This document shows positions 37,801 through 46,467 of a stretch of 64,000 nucleotides of DNA, piece by piece (position 1 is the stretch's first letter; every line of letters starts with the position of its first letter). The position numbers and the translations under genes were made by a program. This DNA is from a virus. A model generated the notes under the pieces. That model saw nothing but the letters and a program-made list of their open reading frames with translations, had not been told where the DNA came from and ran no database searches. The stretch lies in UHGV virus genome UHGV-0385297; one strand, given 5' to 3'.

Positions 37801-38898
37801 ATGAAAGACATTAAGATTGTGATAGGTGCTAATTTTGGAGATTGTGGAAAAGGATTAATGACAGATTATTTCTCACAGAAACCTAATAGTATTGTTGTTT
37901 GTTCAAATGGTGGTGCTCAGAGAGGACATACCGTAACAACGCCTGATGGAATCAGACATGTCTTTCATCATTTTGGATCTGGAACATTCACCCATGCAAG
38001 TACATATTTATCTGAGGATTTTATTGTTAATCCAATTATTTTTAAGCAGGAATATGATGAGTTGATGAAATTAGGATATATCCCGAATGTTTATATCAAT
38101 CAAGATTGTATGTTGACTACACCTTTTGATATGATGGCAAATCAGATTATAGAGGAAAATCGTGGAAAAAATAAACATGGTAGTTGTGGCTTGGGAATTT
38201 TTGAAACTATCAAAAGATATAAAGCCGGTATAACTGATGTAGATGATCATATCAGGGAATATTACTTAGAACAATTTGAAAGAGAGAATATTATATTAAC
38301 AGATGAATGGTCAAGAATATTCCTTGATAATGGTATATTTGAACACTTTTTAGATGATTGGGATTTTATGAATAATCACTCATTGGCTATATCAGATAAT
38401 TATTTCTTAAATCAGTTTGATAATATTGTATTTGAAGCTGCACAAGGTTTATTGCTTGATCAGAATAACACAGAATATTTTCCACATCTAACACCATCTA
38501 ATACAGGTATTAAAAATCCCAAGAGAATAATTGAAAATGGTGAATGGAATGAAGAGATAAACATTGAAACTTGTTATGTGTCTCGTACATATCTTACACG
38601 GCATGGTACAGGAAAATTTCCATCAGAGTGTGATAAAAATCAGATCAACAAATATATTTTTGATAAAACTAATATACCAAATCCATTCCAGGATACATTG
38701 AGATATGGAACATTAGATTTAAAAGAATTGTATAACAGATGCAGTAAGGATGTAGGAGATTTTGGAAATAAGAAATCATTAGCACTTATGCATTGCAATG
38801 AATGTGACTGGGATGACGAAGAATTGATTAGCCTATTTAAAGGTTGGAATATATATTATTCTGATGGAGAAACAAGAGAAGATATTAGATTGAGGTAA
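37801..38898 (+). CDS. adenylosuccinate synthetase (PurA) family protein, short form (PurZ-type candidate)
   Basis: VIGANFGDCGKGLMTDYF..VVCSNGGAQRGHTV matches PurA P-loop GTQWGDEGKGKIVDLL..RYQGGHNAGHTL; HGSCGLGI ~ GTTGRGIGP; FEAAQGLLLDQNNTEY ~ FEGAQGTLLDIDHGTY; VSRTYLTRHGTGKFP ~ STRVGAGPFP; 365 aa versus about 430 for bacterial PurA. Confidence 0.75.
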   Translation: MKDIKIVIGANFGDCGKGLMTDYFSQKPNSIVVCSNGGAQRGHTVTTPDGIRHVFHHFGSGTFTHASTYLSEDFIVNPIIFKQEYDELMKLGYIPNVYINQDCMLTTPFDMMANQIIEENRGKNKHGSCGLGIFETIKRYKAGITDVDDHIREYYLEQFERENIILTDEWSRIFLDNGIFEHFLDDWDFMNNHSLAISDNYFLNQFDNIVFEAAQGLLLDQNNTEYFPHLTPSNTGIKNPKRIIENGEWNEEINIETCYVSRTYLTRHGTGKFPSECDKNQINKYIFDKTNIPNPFQDTLRYGTLDLKELYNRCSKDVGDFGNKKSLALMHCNECDWDDEELISLFKGWNIYYSDGETREDIRLR

Positions 38899-38902
38899 AA
38901 AC

Positions 38903-39370
38903 ATGAGATTAAGTGAAATTGCAGAATGGATAGTAAAAAATAATCCAGACTGTTGTATGGTGCCAAATTATACTGTTGTTAATGGTTGCAGAGAAGACTG
39001 GTATGAAGAATCATTAATCGAACCACTTATGAACCATTGGATGTACGAAGATTTAGGTTTATGTGATTGTGGTTGTCCTGAATATACATATGAAGTAATC
39101 AGAAAATTTTTACATATTCGTCAGGATTGGCGAGAAAATAAACTTGAATATACCGAAGTTCTTAATAGGTATAAAAGAGATTTACATGTTGATGACAATG
39201 ACAACAATCAATTTGGATTGCTACAGTTCATGATGTATATTTTAGATGAACATGAATTCATAGAGCATGGTAGTAGTATCACAGGTTGTTGGCTTACCGA
39301 AAAAGGTGAAATGCTATTGATTACTTTAGATGCATGGCATGAAAAGAATATGAAAACAGAAGCCGATTAA
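38903..39370 (+). CDS. hypothetical protein (CDCGCPEY motif)
   Basis: 155-aa ORF immediately after the PurA-like gene. Confidence 0.5.
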   Translation: MRLSEIAEWIVKNNPDCCMVPNYTVVNGCREDWYEESLIEPLMNHWMYEDLGLCDCGCPEYTYEVIRKFLHIRQDWRENKLEYTEVLNRYKRDLHVDDNDNNQFGLLQFMMYILDEHEFIEHGSSITGCWLTEKGEMLLITLDAWHEKNMKTEAD

Positions 39371-39395
39371 ATGTTGGTTTCAATAGGAGAATCTA

Positions 39396-39758
39396 ATGGA
39401 TATATTATTCGGTTACGACTGTATAGATAGTTGTGATTGCGATAAAAGTAGCAGTTGCAAATATGCTAAACATAAATTTATTCCATTTAAAATTTCACAT
39501 TTACTATTTGTTTATCCAAGATGTATCAAATTGAGTGGCACAAATAAATGTCCATACAATAAAACAAGAAACTATACATGTGCAAGTTGTGCCAATAGTA
39601 ATTCATTCGAAGAATGTGATATTCCTTTTAATGAGAGAAAACCATATATTCCTAAAGATAGGTGGAAGAAATATAGTAGATGTGGTAGTTATAAAAAATG
39701 TAAATGGGCAGATGACTGTTTATATGATGGTGTGTATGTAAGCAGAAATCAGCTCTAA
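39396..39758 (+). CDS. hypothetical Cys-rich protein
   Basis: 120 aa with about 18 Cys in CxxC/CxC arrangements. Confidence 0.5.
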   Translation: MDILFGYDCIDSCDCDKSSSCKYAKHKFIPFKISHLLFVYPRCIKLSGTNKCPYNKTRNYTCASCANSNSFEECDIPFNERKPYIPKDRWKKYSRCGSYKKCKWADDCLYDGVYVSRNQL

Positions 39759-40089
39759 CTTGTTTAGAGTGTTAATTATTATCTACTACTTATTATATCT
39801 ACTATTTATATCTGTGGCAGTTCTTGCAAAATTTTACATGAACTTCATCTGAGTTTTCAAAAGTTATTGTCAAAAAATGTAATAACATCCGCCATAGGAA
39901 AATATGATTATTCCGCTGCGGCGAAGCCGCCTATCCGGAACAATGGTTTCCTCATTCCGGACAGGTGGTGTAAAAGCACCCGTAATATTCAAAAATACAA
40001 AAGGAATAACAGAAAGGATATGCACCCGAAGAACCGAACTATATAGATATGTCGGTATTCGGTGCGGCAAGTTAAGATAGGAGTTGGCT

Positions 40090-40419
40090 ATGTTATTAAC
40101 AAATAGATTTCCAAACGAAAATCGCTCAGGTCTTCAAGAATACTATTGTGACTTAACACGAGAAATAGATCGGCTTCTTGGATTATCACCAGATCAATAC
40201 TGGAAGCATTATATTCTGGCAGATAGCACAATGCTAAAGGACAAGTGTCTTGCAATTAGAATTCCTGGCGGTACAGTTGGTGGAATTTGGATTGATGATG
40301 AGAATATTATTACGAAGGTATTTGTAGACACTGAGTATTATGTTATTGAAGAATATCCAATAGATATTAATGAAAAACTGGCACATTTTGTAGGAGAGAA
40401 GATTGAATTTGTTGATTAA
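40090..40419 (+). CDS. hypothetical protein
   Basis: ATG at 40090 after AGGAG RBS. Confidence 0.5.
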   Translation: MLLTNRFPNENRSGLQEYYCDLTREIDRLLGLSPDQYWKHYILADSTMLKDKCLAIRIPGGTVGGIWIDDENIITKVFVDTEYYVIEEYPIDINEKLAHFVGEKIEFVD

Positions 40420-40434
40420 GAGAAAGGAATAAAT

Positions 40435-41205
40435 ATGGGAACAGATATTACTATGTTTGCAGAAGTACGTAAAAATAAAAAATGGACAAAGGTAGGAAGT
40501 GTATTTAAAAATCCTTGGTATCGCGAAGATAGAGTAATTGACGAATGGAATCGACCATATACTGATCGACCTTATGATAGTCGAAATTATGATTTATTTG
40601 CAATTCTTGCAGATGTAAGAAATGGAACTGGTTTCGCTGGATGTAAGACTTCTTATGGGTTTAATCCAATTAGTATGCCCAAAGGACTGCCAGAAGATAT
40701 TACTGCTGAAGTAAAAGAACTTTTATGGGGTGATGGATATGCAAACTCATATTATACATTAAAGGAATTGAAAGATTATGATTGGGATCAGAAAGTCATT
40801 CATGTAGGTGTTATTAGTGAAGCTCAGTATATAGAAATGAAAAGAACAGGAAAGAATCCAGATAGTTGGTCTGGCAATGTTTCTGGTTGGGATATTGTTG
40901 TAGTGTCGGCAGATACGATGGATAAGATTTTAAATAAAACCATCAGTAGGAATAATCGTGTTAAATATTATGTACAAGTGGATTTTAAATCAATTACATA
41001 TAGAGAGTGTTGTGACAATTTTTTAGAAAACACAATTCCAGCGTTAGAAAAACTTGTTCCTGATGGTGGTACAGAAGAAGATATACGGATTATCTTGACT
41101 TTGTACTGGATGATTATAGTTTGGAAGATGCAGATTATGATGATCAGCCGTTTAAGATTGAAGAAATTGAGAAAGAATAATGGAAATAAAAGATATAAGG
41201 TATGA
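40435..41205 (+). CDS. hypothetical protein (possible frameshift near C-terminus)
   Basis: 256-aa ORF; last ~40 aa hydrophobic and basic; an alternative frame from about 41062 reads DYLDFVLDDYSLEDADYDDQPFKIEEIEKE and ends in a TAATG overlap with the next gene. Confidence 0.5.
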   Translation: MGTDITMFAEVRKNKKWTKVGSVFKNPWYREDRVIDEWNRPYTDRPYDSRNYDLFAILADVRNGTGFAGCKTSYGFNPISMPKGLPEDITAEVKELLWGDGYANSYYTLKELKDYDWDQKVIHVGVISEAQYIEMKRTGKNPDSWSGNVSGWDIVVVSADTMDKILNKTISRNNRVKYYVQVDFKSITYRECCDNFLENTIPALEKLVPDGGTEEDIRIILTLYWMIIVWKMQIMMISRLRLKKLRKNNGNKRYKV

Positions 41206-41359
41206 AGGTTTTGGTGTATATAGAATAGATCTTGCGCCTAATAATGGAACAATTATTAAATTTGAAGCGAAGAATATACAAGATTGTAAAGAACAATTTA
41301 TGAAAGATATAAGTCACGATTTTGATATTATAATAGATCGAAAATTGAAAGAAATTTAG
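41180..41359 (+). CDS. hypothetical small protein
   Basis: 59-aa ORF MEIKDIRYEGFGVYRIDLAPNNG... Confidence 0.4.
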   Translation: MEIKDIRYEGFGVYRIDLAPNNGTIIKFEAKNIQDCKEQFMKDISHDFDIIIDRKLKEI

Positions 41360-41389
41360 GTCGTATTTACATATAAAAGGAGATAAGTT

Positions 41390-41809
41390 ATGGAATTAGT
41401 AAATGTTAGTTTATTTGCAGAAGGATATTATAGTGGGGAGACTTATGAAGAAAATATTTGGATTAAAAAATCTTCATATGAGAAATTAAAAGATGATTTC
41501 CCAGAAGAAATTGGTTGCGGTGAATTAGATGGAAAACATAGCAATGTATCAGGTGGTGTTGAAGTTGAAGATGAATGGGAAACTGATGAAGACTATGCAA
41601 GAGCTGTGATGCCACCAAATGATGGTGATCTTCTTGAATATGAATTGGAATATTTATATGAAGAAAATGGTCTTGATTGGGCAACAGAGCGGAAAGAAAT
41701 TAAAAAATATTTTGACAGTCTTGACGTATGGGTTGAAGTAAATATTAAAATTCCATCTAGTAAAAAAGATGAGTTATTAAAGTTCGTTGATAAGATTTGC
41801 AAAGAATAA
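41390..41809 (+). CDS. hypothetical acidic protein
   Basis: 139-aa ORF after AAGGAG RBS. Confidence 0.5.
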   Translation: MELVNVSLFAEGYYSGETYEENIWIKKSSYEKLKDDFPEEIGCGELDGKHSNVSGGVEVEDEWETDEDYARAVMPPNDGDLLEYELEYLYEENGLDWATERKEIKKYFDSLDVWVEVNIKIPSSKKDELLKFVDKICKE

Positions 41810-41852
41810 ATTGACAGGAAATTTTGTTTTCATACGAAAGGAGAATAACGAT

Positions 41853-42440
41853 ATGAAAGTAACACTTGAGTTGGATAATCTTGAGAATATAGTACAGACA
41901 ACATTAGAAAAAAATCTTGAAAATGTTGTAAAAGAACAGATTGCTGATATTGTAAAAAAGACTGCTGATAATTTAATGAAAGATACTATCAATGCACAGG
42001 TTTCTGAGAATTTCCAGCACTTTGTTGACGAGTATATTACAACAAAGAAAATTAAGATAGGCGGATCTTATTGGGATAATGAACCTGAGCAGGAATATAC
42101 AGTAGAGCAGTATATTAAGCAGCAGCTGAAGGAAAAGTTAGATTCAAAAAAACTAAAATTAAAGAAGCAGGATAGTTACGGTCGTTATACAAATAATTAC
42201 GAAGAAGTAAGCTTTGAGACATATATTTCTCGTCAGTTTGATCCTTCTGAAGAAATTAAAAAAGAATTAGATACATTTATGGATGATATTCGTAAACAGG
42301 TAAATACAACAATGAAAGAAACTTTTGATAATTCTACCAAGTCCATGTTGTCTAATGCTGTTTTAAGTATTCTCAGCGCAAATGATACATACAGACAGAT
42401 TGAGAACAATATTAAATGCATCGCAGATAAACAGGCGTAA
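41853..42440 (+). CDS. hypothetical protein
   Basis: MKVTLELDNL... after GAAAGGAG RBS. Confidence 0.5.
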   Translation: MKVTLELDNLENIVQTTLEKNLENVVKEQIADIVKKTADNLMKDTINAQVSENFQHFVDEYITTKKIKIGGSYWDNEPEQEYTVEQYIKQQLKEKLDSKKLKLKKQDSYGRYTNNYEEVSFETYISRQFDPSEEIKKELDTFMDDIRKQVNTTMKETFDNSTKSMLSNAVLSILSANDTYRQIENNIKCIADKQA

Positions 42441-42443
42441 GAT

Positions 42444-42617
42444 ATGGAAAAAGAAGTTTTTGAAAACGATTGGGAAGACTGTGAATATTGTAAATGTTCA
42501 TATTATGAATATGATACTGGTTATAGTGAATATGAGTGTTTGTTAGATAACAAAGATTGTTTTGGTGGTGAATTAGAATTTGGTTGTCCATTATCATTCA
42601 AATACATAGTTGAGTAG
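42444..42617 (+). CDS. small Cys-rich protein
   Basis: 57 aa MEKEVFENDWEDCEYCKCSYYEYD...CFGGELEFGCP. Confidence 0.4.
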   Translation: MEKEVFENDWEDCEYCKCSYYEYDTGYSEYECLLDNKDCFGGELEFGCPLSFKYIVE

Positions 42618-42684
42618 AGAATAATTCTATAGAATATCATGAGTATTTCGCTCAGAAATCCAATATAAAACAATTAAATAGAGG

Positions 42685-43053
42685 GTGAATATGAAAATAG
42701 AAGCAATATCTACTCGCAGTCAGAAGAAAGAGTACGAATGGCTTTGCGTAGAAAGTAGCGTCCATTTTGACTGGAACGGATGTTTCTGCAGAAAACCATT
42801 TATGTATCTAATTGTTTGGAAAGATAAGTATTTTTCAGAGAAGCAATATGTTATCCAGGTGTCAGTTTTGGACTATGATGATTATTTTGTTGGATGTGCT
42901 TATTATCCTGGTCAGGATCGATTTACAGAGGTTTTACATGAAATCATTAACTGGATGAATGATTTGGAACATGGCGTTGTCGACTATAGAGAATATGTAA
43001 AAGACTGTGAAGGTTTCTTTCCTGACTGTGGGTGTGAGAGAGAATTGTATTAA
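42685..43053 (+). CDS. hypothetical protein
   Basis: 122-aa ORF after GAGGGTG RBS. Confidence 0.5.
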   Translation: MNMKIEAISTRSQKKEYEWLCVESSVHFDWNGCFCRKPFMYLIVWKDKYFSEKQYVIQVSVLDYDDYFVGCAYYPGQDRFTEVLHEIINWMNDLEHGVVDYREYVKDCEGFFPDCGCERELY

Positions 43054-43240
43054 GGAAATTAAATAATGAAAAATAATATAACGAGAGAGGAGAACACCTT
43101 ATCCTAGTGAAACTAGGTTGCTATCAGATTAGTCTGGTGAATGATAGCGTAAAGTAGAACGGAGTGGCTGTGCCTCACTAAGCACTTAATAATGCATCCA
43201 AGCCGATTGTTATATTGCCGCGTACCAAGGATTTTGGTTT

Positions 43241-43966
43241 GTGGCTGGTGTGAAAGTTTGTTGGTTTAGTACAGGAATTAGTAGTTTTGTAGCATGTTAT
43301 TTAGCAAAGGACGTAGATGAGATTATTTATACTCACGTTCCTAATCAGCATCCTGATAGTCTGAGATTTCTGCATGATTGCGAGAAACTTCTTGGTAGAA
43401 AGATCACAATATTGCAATCTACCAGATTTAAAGATGTTGATGATGTGATTATGAAGACTCGTTGTATTAATACACCATATGGTGCGCCTTGTACTAAGTT
43501 TTTAAAGAAAGAAGTGCGAAAACAATGGGAGAAAGAACATCCAGATCACCATATTTATGTATGGGGATATGATATGAATGAGCAGCGTAGAGCTGATCGT
43601 TTAGTAAATACCATGACAGATTATGATCATGAATTTCCATTAATCGAGAATAAATTTACGAAAGAAGATTGTCATGCATTGGCGAAGAAACTTGGATTAA
43701 AGAGACCAATGATGTATGAGTTAGGTTATTCTAACAACAATTGCGTTGGATGCGTAAAAGGTGGCATGGGCTACTGGAATAAAATTCGAGTAGATTTCCC
43801 CGAAGTTTTTGAACGCAGAGCCAAGGAGGAAAGAGAAATTGGTCATAGCTGTATCAAAGGTGTATTCCTGGATGAACTTGATCCTAAACGTGGACGTATG
43901 GATCTTGAAGTAATGGAAGATTGCGGAATCGCATGTCAGTTATTTTCAAGAGAGAATTTAGAGTAA
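43241..43966 (+). CDS. PP-loop ATP-pyrophosphatase / PAPS-reductase-like superfamily protein (divergent)
   Basis: N-terminal VKVCWFSTGISSFVACYLA resembles SGGxDS PP-loop (S-x-G-x-x-S); C-terminal NNCVGCVKGG Cys pair; 241 aa; preceded by 180-nt structured leader. Confidence 0.5.
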   Translation: MAGVKVCWFSTGISSFVACYLAKDVDEIIYTHVPNQHPDSLRFLHDCEKLLGRKITILQSTRFKDVDDVIMKTRCINTPYGAPCTKFLKKEVRKQWEKEHPDHHIYVWGYDMNEQRRADRLVNTMTDYDHEFPLIENKFTKEDCHALAKKLGLKRPMMYELGYSNNNCVGCVKGGMGYWNKIRVDFPEVFERRAKEEREIGHSCIKGVFLDELDPKRGRMDLEVMEDCGIACQLFSRENLE

Positions 43967-43989
43967 TAGAATAGATACAAAAAGGAGAA

Positions 43990-44286
43990 ATGAATATGGG
44001 AGAGTATGGACTAAAATTTGCAATATATATATTTGAAGATGAACGTTATTATAACATATTATATAGCGATTTTGGCATCAAAATAATTATGCACACAAAA
44101 GAAAACGGTCATAATCTCCCGCATGTTCATATTCAATATCAAGACAAAGAGGCTGTTATTAGTCTAATTGATGGTAGTGTTCTTAAAGGAAATATAAAAA
44201 AATCAAGATATAATTACGCAAAAAGATATGTTATAGAAAATAGAGAAGAGCTTTTGCGTAGATATAATGAAATAATTATTGTTTAG
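43990..44286 (+). CDS. hypothetical protein
   Basis: 98-aa ORF after AAAGGAGAA RBS. Confidence 0.5.
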   Translation: MNMGEYGLKFAIYIFEDERYYNILYSDFGIKIIMHTKENGHNLPHVHIQYQDKEAVISLIDGSVLKGNIKKSRYNYAKRYVIENREELLRRYNEIIIV

Positions 44287-44357
44287 AGAATAACCAACTG
44301 AAAGTTTTATTTCATGCGAATTAATGTAAATACACACAAAACAAAGGTGGTGATGAT

Positions 44358-44756
44358 ATGAAAACAGTAGTACAGACAGAATATCAGGATATTTACAGAG
44401 TTGTGGATGGTGTTCTGCTTGTTGTAAATAAATTTGAATCGATGTATGTAGAAGGCGTAGAGTATCCAACAGTGTATCCTGTTAATAGAGCTGGTATGAG
44501 ATCATATAACAAGAATTGCCAGCAGCAGTTAAAGGTTCTTAAGAATGCGTGGCATTGTAAAGAATCATGGTATGAACCAGCATGGAGCATTCCAGCAGGA
44601 ACAGTTTTATATAACAGTATGCCGGTTGTTTCTGTTTCTGATAAAAGCAAGTGGCAATATGAGATTAAAACCACAGGAAATATGTTTAGTGGAAACGCAG
44701 TCGAGATTCTTGAGATGTTGCACGATATTGAAGCTGTTGTTGGAAATGGAGAATAA
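44358..44756 (+). CDS. hypothetical protein
   Basis: 132-aa ORF after AAGGTGGTG RBS; ends ..VGNGE through the GGAGAATAA junction. Confidence 0.5.
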   Translation: MKTVVQTEYQDIYRVVDGVLLVVNKFESMYVEGVEYPTVYPVNRAGMRSYNKNCQQQLKVLKNAWHCKESWYEPAWSIPAGTVLYNSMPVVSVSDKSKWQYEIKTTGNMFSGNAVEILEMLHDIEAVVGNGE

Positions 44757-44760
44757 ATAT

Positions 44761-45033
44761 ATGAAGTTAAAAATTATTTCAGTCAAAGATAAAGCTGGTA
44801 ATGAGAAAACAGAATTTATGGATGAGTTAAGAAAAAATCATCCTTCTATGTCTGGCAGGTGGATTTATCCATTTCTTGCCACTCAGGACTTCGGATCATT
44901 TCATTTATTATGGGACGATCAGACTGATAGATGCTTGGTCACATCTGCAGTAAAGAATCTTATTCAGGCCGATACTAAAGTGGTAGTAACAACACGAAAT
45001 TCTGTATATGAGTTTGAGATTATTGGAGAATAA
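44761..45033 (+). CDS. hypothetical protein
   Basis: MKLKIISVKDKAGN...; start 4 nt after upstream stop, RBS embedded in upstream GGAGAATAA. Confidence 0.5.
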   Translation: MKLKIISVKDKAGNEKTEFMDELRKNHPSMSGRWIYPFLATQDFGSFHLLWDDQTDRCLVTSAVKNLIQADTKVVVTTRNSVYEFEIIGE

Positions 45034-45037
45034 ATAT

Positions 45038-45436
45038 ATGAGAGCAGAAGATACATTGCAGTTCATGATGGATTTCAATGGAAACTTATTTTGGAATCGT
45101 CAGAAATGTTTAGATCATTTGTTTTGTACGATTGGAAATGGATATGAATGGGAAAACGGTGAGCTTGTAGAGAAAGATTATGATACTAAACAAATGCTTT
45201 CTCGTTGGCAGCTTATTGAGCCTGTTAAATATGCAGAACCAAGATGGTTGACAGTAGAAATTCATGAAATAAAAGATGGAATGCAAAGAAGAGGCTTTAA
45301 AGAAAATCCAAAGTGGTATCCATTATCAAAAGAATATTCTTATCTCTATAATTATCCTGATGATATTAAACCTGACTGGTTGGCGCTGATTAAAGAATGT
45401 AAACAGATGCTTATTGCAGATGGTATTGAAGTCTGA
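45038..45436 (+). CDS. hypothetical protein
   Basis: MRAEDTLQF...; identical junction GGAGAATAAATATATGAG as the previous gene. Confidence 0.5.
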   Translation: MRAEDTLQFMMDFNGNLFWNRQKCLDHLFCTIGNGYEWENGELVEKDYDTKQMLSRWQLIEPVKYAEPRWLTVEIHEIKDGMQRRGFKENPKWYPLSKEYSYLYNYPDDIKPDWLALIKECKQMLIADGIEV

Positions 45437-45456
45437 AATATAAAAGGAGAAATTTT

Positions 45457-45720
45457 ATGGATAAACATAATTTTATTTTATCAAGAGTAGATAAAACTAA
45501 TGGCCACGAAGATTATTGGTTTAAAACAGACAAAATCTCAGATGAGGAGTTATCAAAAGATCATATGGAACAATGTATGATTGGGGTTACAGAAGTGGTT
45601 TATTCAAAAGATGAAGATATTGTTGGAATCAAAAGATTGTTTCCTTTTAATTTCGATGTTGTTTTATTGAATGATGAAAATTTAAAAGCCATTTTAAAAG
45701 AAATAATTGATGAAAAATAA
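45457..45720 (+). CDS. hypothetical protein
   Basis: 87-aa ORF after AAGGAGAAA RBS. Confidence 0.5.
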   Translation: MDKHNFILSRVDKTNGHEDYWFKTDKISDEELSKDHMEQCMIGVTEVVYSKDEDIVGIKRLFPFNFDVVLLNDENLKAILKEIIDEK

Positions 45721-45883
45721 AATTAAATGATCGTTTCATCGGAGAGGATGTATGATGGAAGATTTATTTGATGAGGTATTGATTACAACTATGGAAGATA
45801 ATCTAAATTCTTTTGTAGAAGTAAAAGATTTGGCAGTTGGCGATGCGAATGTGTTTAGAGTGAGTGAATAGGAGAATAACAGT

Positions 45884-46135
45884 ATGGAGTTATCACAAGA
45901 TGAAAGACAAAAATTTTTAGAGTTAATAGATAAAGTAAGTCCATGTGCTGCAATTTCTGAAAAAGAAAATCTTGAAAAGTTTAAAGAGTGGCTGGATAGT
46001 GATATGTCAAAAAAAGTTACATTTGTTGAAGCTCCAAAAATATTTAAAGATCAGGTTGGAAATGACAAAGTGCTTCTTATACCAACAAATGACGAAGCTA
46101 TAAAGCCAATAAAAGTAATATTCGAAGGAGAATAA
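45884..46135 (+). CDS. hypothetical protein
   Basis: 83-aa ORF; junction GGAGAATAACAGTATGG. Confidence 0.5.
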   Translation: MELSQDERQKFLELIDKVSPCAAISEKENLEKFKEWLDSDMSKKVTFVEAPKIFKDQVGNDKVLLIPTNDEAIKPIKVIFEGE

Positions 46136-46139
46136 CAGT

Positions 46140-46418
46140 ATGAACAAAAGACAGAAAAAGAAATTATTTAAACAGACGCTTATTAAGGTTAGAAAACTGT
46201 ATCCACAAAAAGGTGATGTGATTTGTTTTCAGCCAGATTTAGATTGGATTGATGCTGAAACTATGTGCCAGTTTATGAAAGTTTATTCGAATAATGATGT
46301 TTTCGGTGAATCGAAGTTGGCTTTTGTACCTGCCAATATTAAGCAGCTTAAGTATAAAAAGAACGCTCAGATATATATTAACAAGCTGCAGAGTATTGTA
46401 GATCAGATGGGAGAATAA
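46140..46418 (+). CDS. hypothetical basic protein
   Basis: 92-aa ORF; same junction motif GGAGAATAACAGTATGA. Confidence 0.5.
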   Translation: MNKRQKKKLFKQTLIKVRKLYPQKGDVICFQPDLDWIDAETMCQFMKVYSNNDVFGESKLAFVPANIKQLKYKKNAQIYINKLQSIVDQMGE

Positions 46419-46467
46419 TAATACAACTTAATTGAATTAAGAAACAAGTGATTAGGAAGGAGAAAAT

